Positions 47,581 to 49,123 of a stretch of DNA of 49,123 nt are shown piece after piece; positions within the stretch are counted from its first letter, which is position 1; each line of letters starts with the position of its first letter. Source of the stretch: an uncultured Acholeplasmataceae bacterium. Its GTDB lineage: Bacteria > Bacillota_I > Bacilli_A > Acholeplasmatales > Acholeplasmataceae. The stretch covers positions 1 through 49,123 of the forward strand of contig CAUTMU010000001.1 of assembly GCA_963539535.1 (NCBI GenBank), written 5' to 3'. Under the pieces are notes generated by a model, which saw only the letters and a list, made by a program, of their open reading frames with translations, had not been told where the DNA came from and searched no databases. Position numbers and translations under genes: made by a program.

Positions 47581-48939
47581 ATGATTTTTAAAAGAAAAAT
47601 ACATGATAAATTGCTTAAATGGAAAAACGAAAGCCAAGGTAAAACAGCACTACTAATTGAAGGCGCTCGCAGAATTGGTAAATCAACCGCTGTAGTCGAG
47701 TTTGCCAAGGTCAACTACAAAAGTTATATTTTGATAGACTTTGCCAATGAAGACGAGCAAATCAAAAACCTATTTTTTAACAACTTAAACGATTTAGACA
47801 GTTTTTTTATGTATCTTTCTTTGTATAAAAAAACTAAACTTTATGAAAGAAACACACTAATAATTTTTGATGAAGTTCAAAAATTCCCCAAAGCCCGAGA
47901 AGCCATTAAATATTTAGTTAAAGATGGCAGATATGACTACATAGAAACGGGTTCTTTAATTTCTATTAAAGAAAATGTCAAAGGCATCTTGTTGCCTTCA
48001 GAAGAACGAAAAATTAGCATGCATCCAATGGACTTTGAAGAGTTTACTTGGGCAATTGGAAACGACCAAATAGTGCCTTTTATTAAAAATGCGTTTGTTG
48101 AAATGAAGCCAATTGACAAGCATATACACGAACTTTTAATGGAAACTTTTAGACTTTATTTGGTTTTGGGTGGTATGCCAAAAGTCATCTCTACTTTTTT
48201 AAAGGAAAATAAGCAGTTTAAAAGTTGTTTAGATGATAAAACCGACATTTTAGAAACTTACCGTGGCGACATTTTCAAAATAGAGCGAACTTACAGAGAA
48301 AAAGTGTTAAATGTTTTTGATCAAATTCCTAGTTTTTTGGCACAATACGAAAAACGGATTAAATTCGCTCAGCAAGGCAGTGCTGCTAGAAGCAAAAACT
48401 ATGAAGATGCTTTTGCCTGGTTAAAAGACTCAAAAATTTGCAACATTTGTCCAGCAGTAACAGATCCTAATATTGGACTTACTTTATCTGAATCAAGTAG
48501 TTACTTAAAATGCTACATAGGAGACACAGGTCTACTTTTGGCCAAAACTTTTTCAGATAAAGAAAGTGAAAAAACTCAAATTTACCTTGATTTACTAAAC
48601 GACAAACTATCTATTAACAAGGGCATGTTTTTTGAAAATATAGTCGCCCAGATTTTAACTGCAAACGGACACAAACTTTATTTTTATAGTCATTATTCAA
48701 AAGAAAAAAAGAGAAACGACATTGAAGTTGATTTTATAATCACAAGCAATGAACCTTTTGGCAAAATCACCGCAATTGAAGTCAAATCAGCGAAAAACTA
48801 TAAAACCACATCACTAAATAAGTTTAAAGAAAAGTTTTTGTCAAGAGTTGGCAAGTGTTATATTATTCATCCTAAAAACTTACATGTTCGCGAAGATGGA
48901 GTAATTTGTATACCTGCTTATATGGCGATCTGTCTTTAA
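47581..48939 (+). CDS. AAA+ ATPase with C-terminal PD-(D/E)xK-like nuclease-fold domain (COG1373/DUF4143-type)
   Basis: Walker A GARRIGKST, Walker B LIIFDEVQ, C-terminal DIEVDFII...AIEVKS. ATG 47581 preceded by AAAGGTGG; the ORF-track GTG at 47572 lies inside the SD. Confidence 0.8.
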   Translation: MIFKRKIHDKLLKWKNESQGKTALLIEGARRIGKSTAVVEFAKVNYKSYILIDFANEDEQIKNLFFNNLNDLDSFFMYLSLYKKTKLYERNTLIIFDEVQKFPKAREAIKYLVKDGRYDYIETGSLISIKENVKGILLPSEERKISMHPMDFEEFTWAIGNDQIVPFIKNAFVEMKPIDKHIHELLMETFRLYLVLGGMPKVISTFLKENKQFKSCLDDKTDILETYRGDIFKIERTYREKVLNVFDQIPSFLAQYEKRIKFAQQGSAARSKNYEDAFAWLKDSKICNICPAVTDPNIGLTLSESSSYLKCYIGDTGLLLAKTFSDKESEKTQIYLDLLNDKLSINKGMFFENIVAQILTANGHKLYFYSHYSKEKKRNDIEVDFIITSNEPFGKITAIEVKSAKNYKTTSLNKFKEKFLSRVGKCYIIHPKNLHVREDGVICIPAYMAICL

Positions 48940-49023
48940 GATTAGTTTTGCTAAAATAATCCAATTTAACCTGAACTTTTCACAAAAATATAACTAAATG
49001 TCTAAAAATAGGTCCTAGACTCA

Positions 49024-49060
49024 AAAAACAGCCAAAATGTTTTCATATTGGCTGTTTTTT
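49024..49060 (+). terminator. Rho-independent terminator
   Basis: Stem AAAAAACAGCCAA/TTGGCTGTTTTTT with an 11-nt loop. Confidence 0.8.
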
Positions 49061-49062
49061 AT

Positions 49063-49092
49063 TTGACTTTTTACCTCTATTAGTTATATAAT
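49063..49092 (+). promoter_or_regulatory. Promoter for a gene that starts at the window edge
   Basis: TTGACT (49063-49068), 18-nt spacer, TATAAT (49087-49092). Followed by GAGGT and an ATG at 49117, which is cut off by the end of the window. Confidence 0.5.
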
Positions 49093-49123
49093 ATGACTAA
49101 TAAATTGAGGTACGAAATGGACT

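Overview
AT-rich chromosomal segment of a low-GC Firmicutes/Mollicutes-type bacterium. All 60+ genes but one (rpmB) are on the + strand, and most are core translation machinery. The standard genetic code is in use: conserved genes read through intact with Trp = TGG, and TGA serves as a stop (26249-26251, 36346-36348, 38972-38974). Combined with mycoplasma-like features (several lipobox lipoproteins, a membrane nuclease next to an ABC importer, no T-box on leuS), this suggests an Acholeplasma-like lineage rather than a TGA=Trp mollicute; this is inference only. Content in order: (1) 5S rRNA plus a 10-tRNA cluster. (2) A small accessory patch: a tandem repeat, a disrupted AAA+/DUF4143-type ATPase gene and an orphan 207-aa ORF. 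(3) A roughly 10-kb locus with a CUT1-type ABC importer whose ATPase and one permease carry large insertions, a binding lipoprotein, an LTD-SNase nuclease lipoprotein, a two-TM orphan protein and an OB-fold lipoprotein. (4) rplK-rplA-rplJ-rplL plus a YbxB-like methyltransferase. (5) yebC and a PNPOx-like gene. (6) The complete S10-spc-alpha ribosomal protein cluster, rpsJ to rplQ, including secY, adk, map, infA, rpmJ and rpoA. (7) pepA, rpmB (-), an atypical SDR, a DAK2/YloV-like protein, two tandem DHH phosphoesterases, MgtC, mnmE, dnaX, ybaB, rpoE, pyrG, acpP and leuS. (8) Two triplets of 34-bp direct repeats followed by an intact paralogue of the ATPase. No CRISPR array, transposase, integrase or phage genes were seen. 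The best candidates for something undescribed are the elaborated nuclease/ABC locus, especially a PstS-like domain nested inside the transporter ATPase; the repeat arrays in front of both ATPase paralogues; and a CTP synthase whose glutaminase domain has lost its nucleophile. All domain calls come from reading motifs by eye, with no database search.
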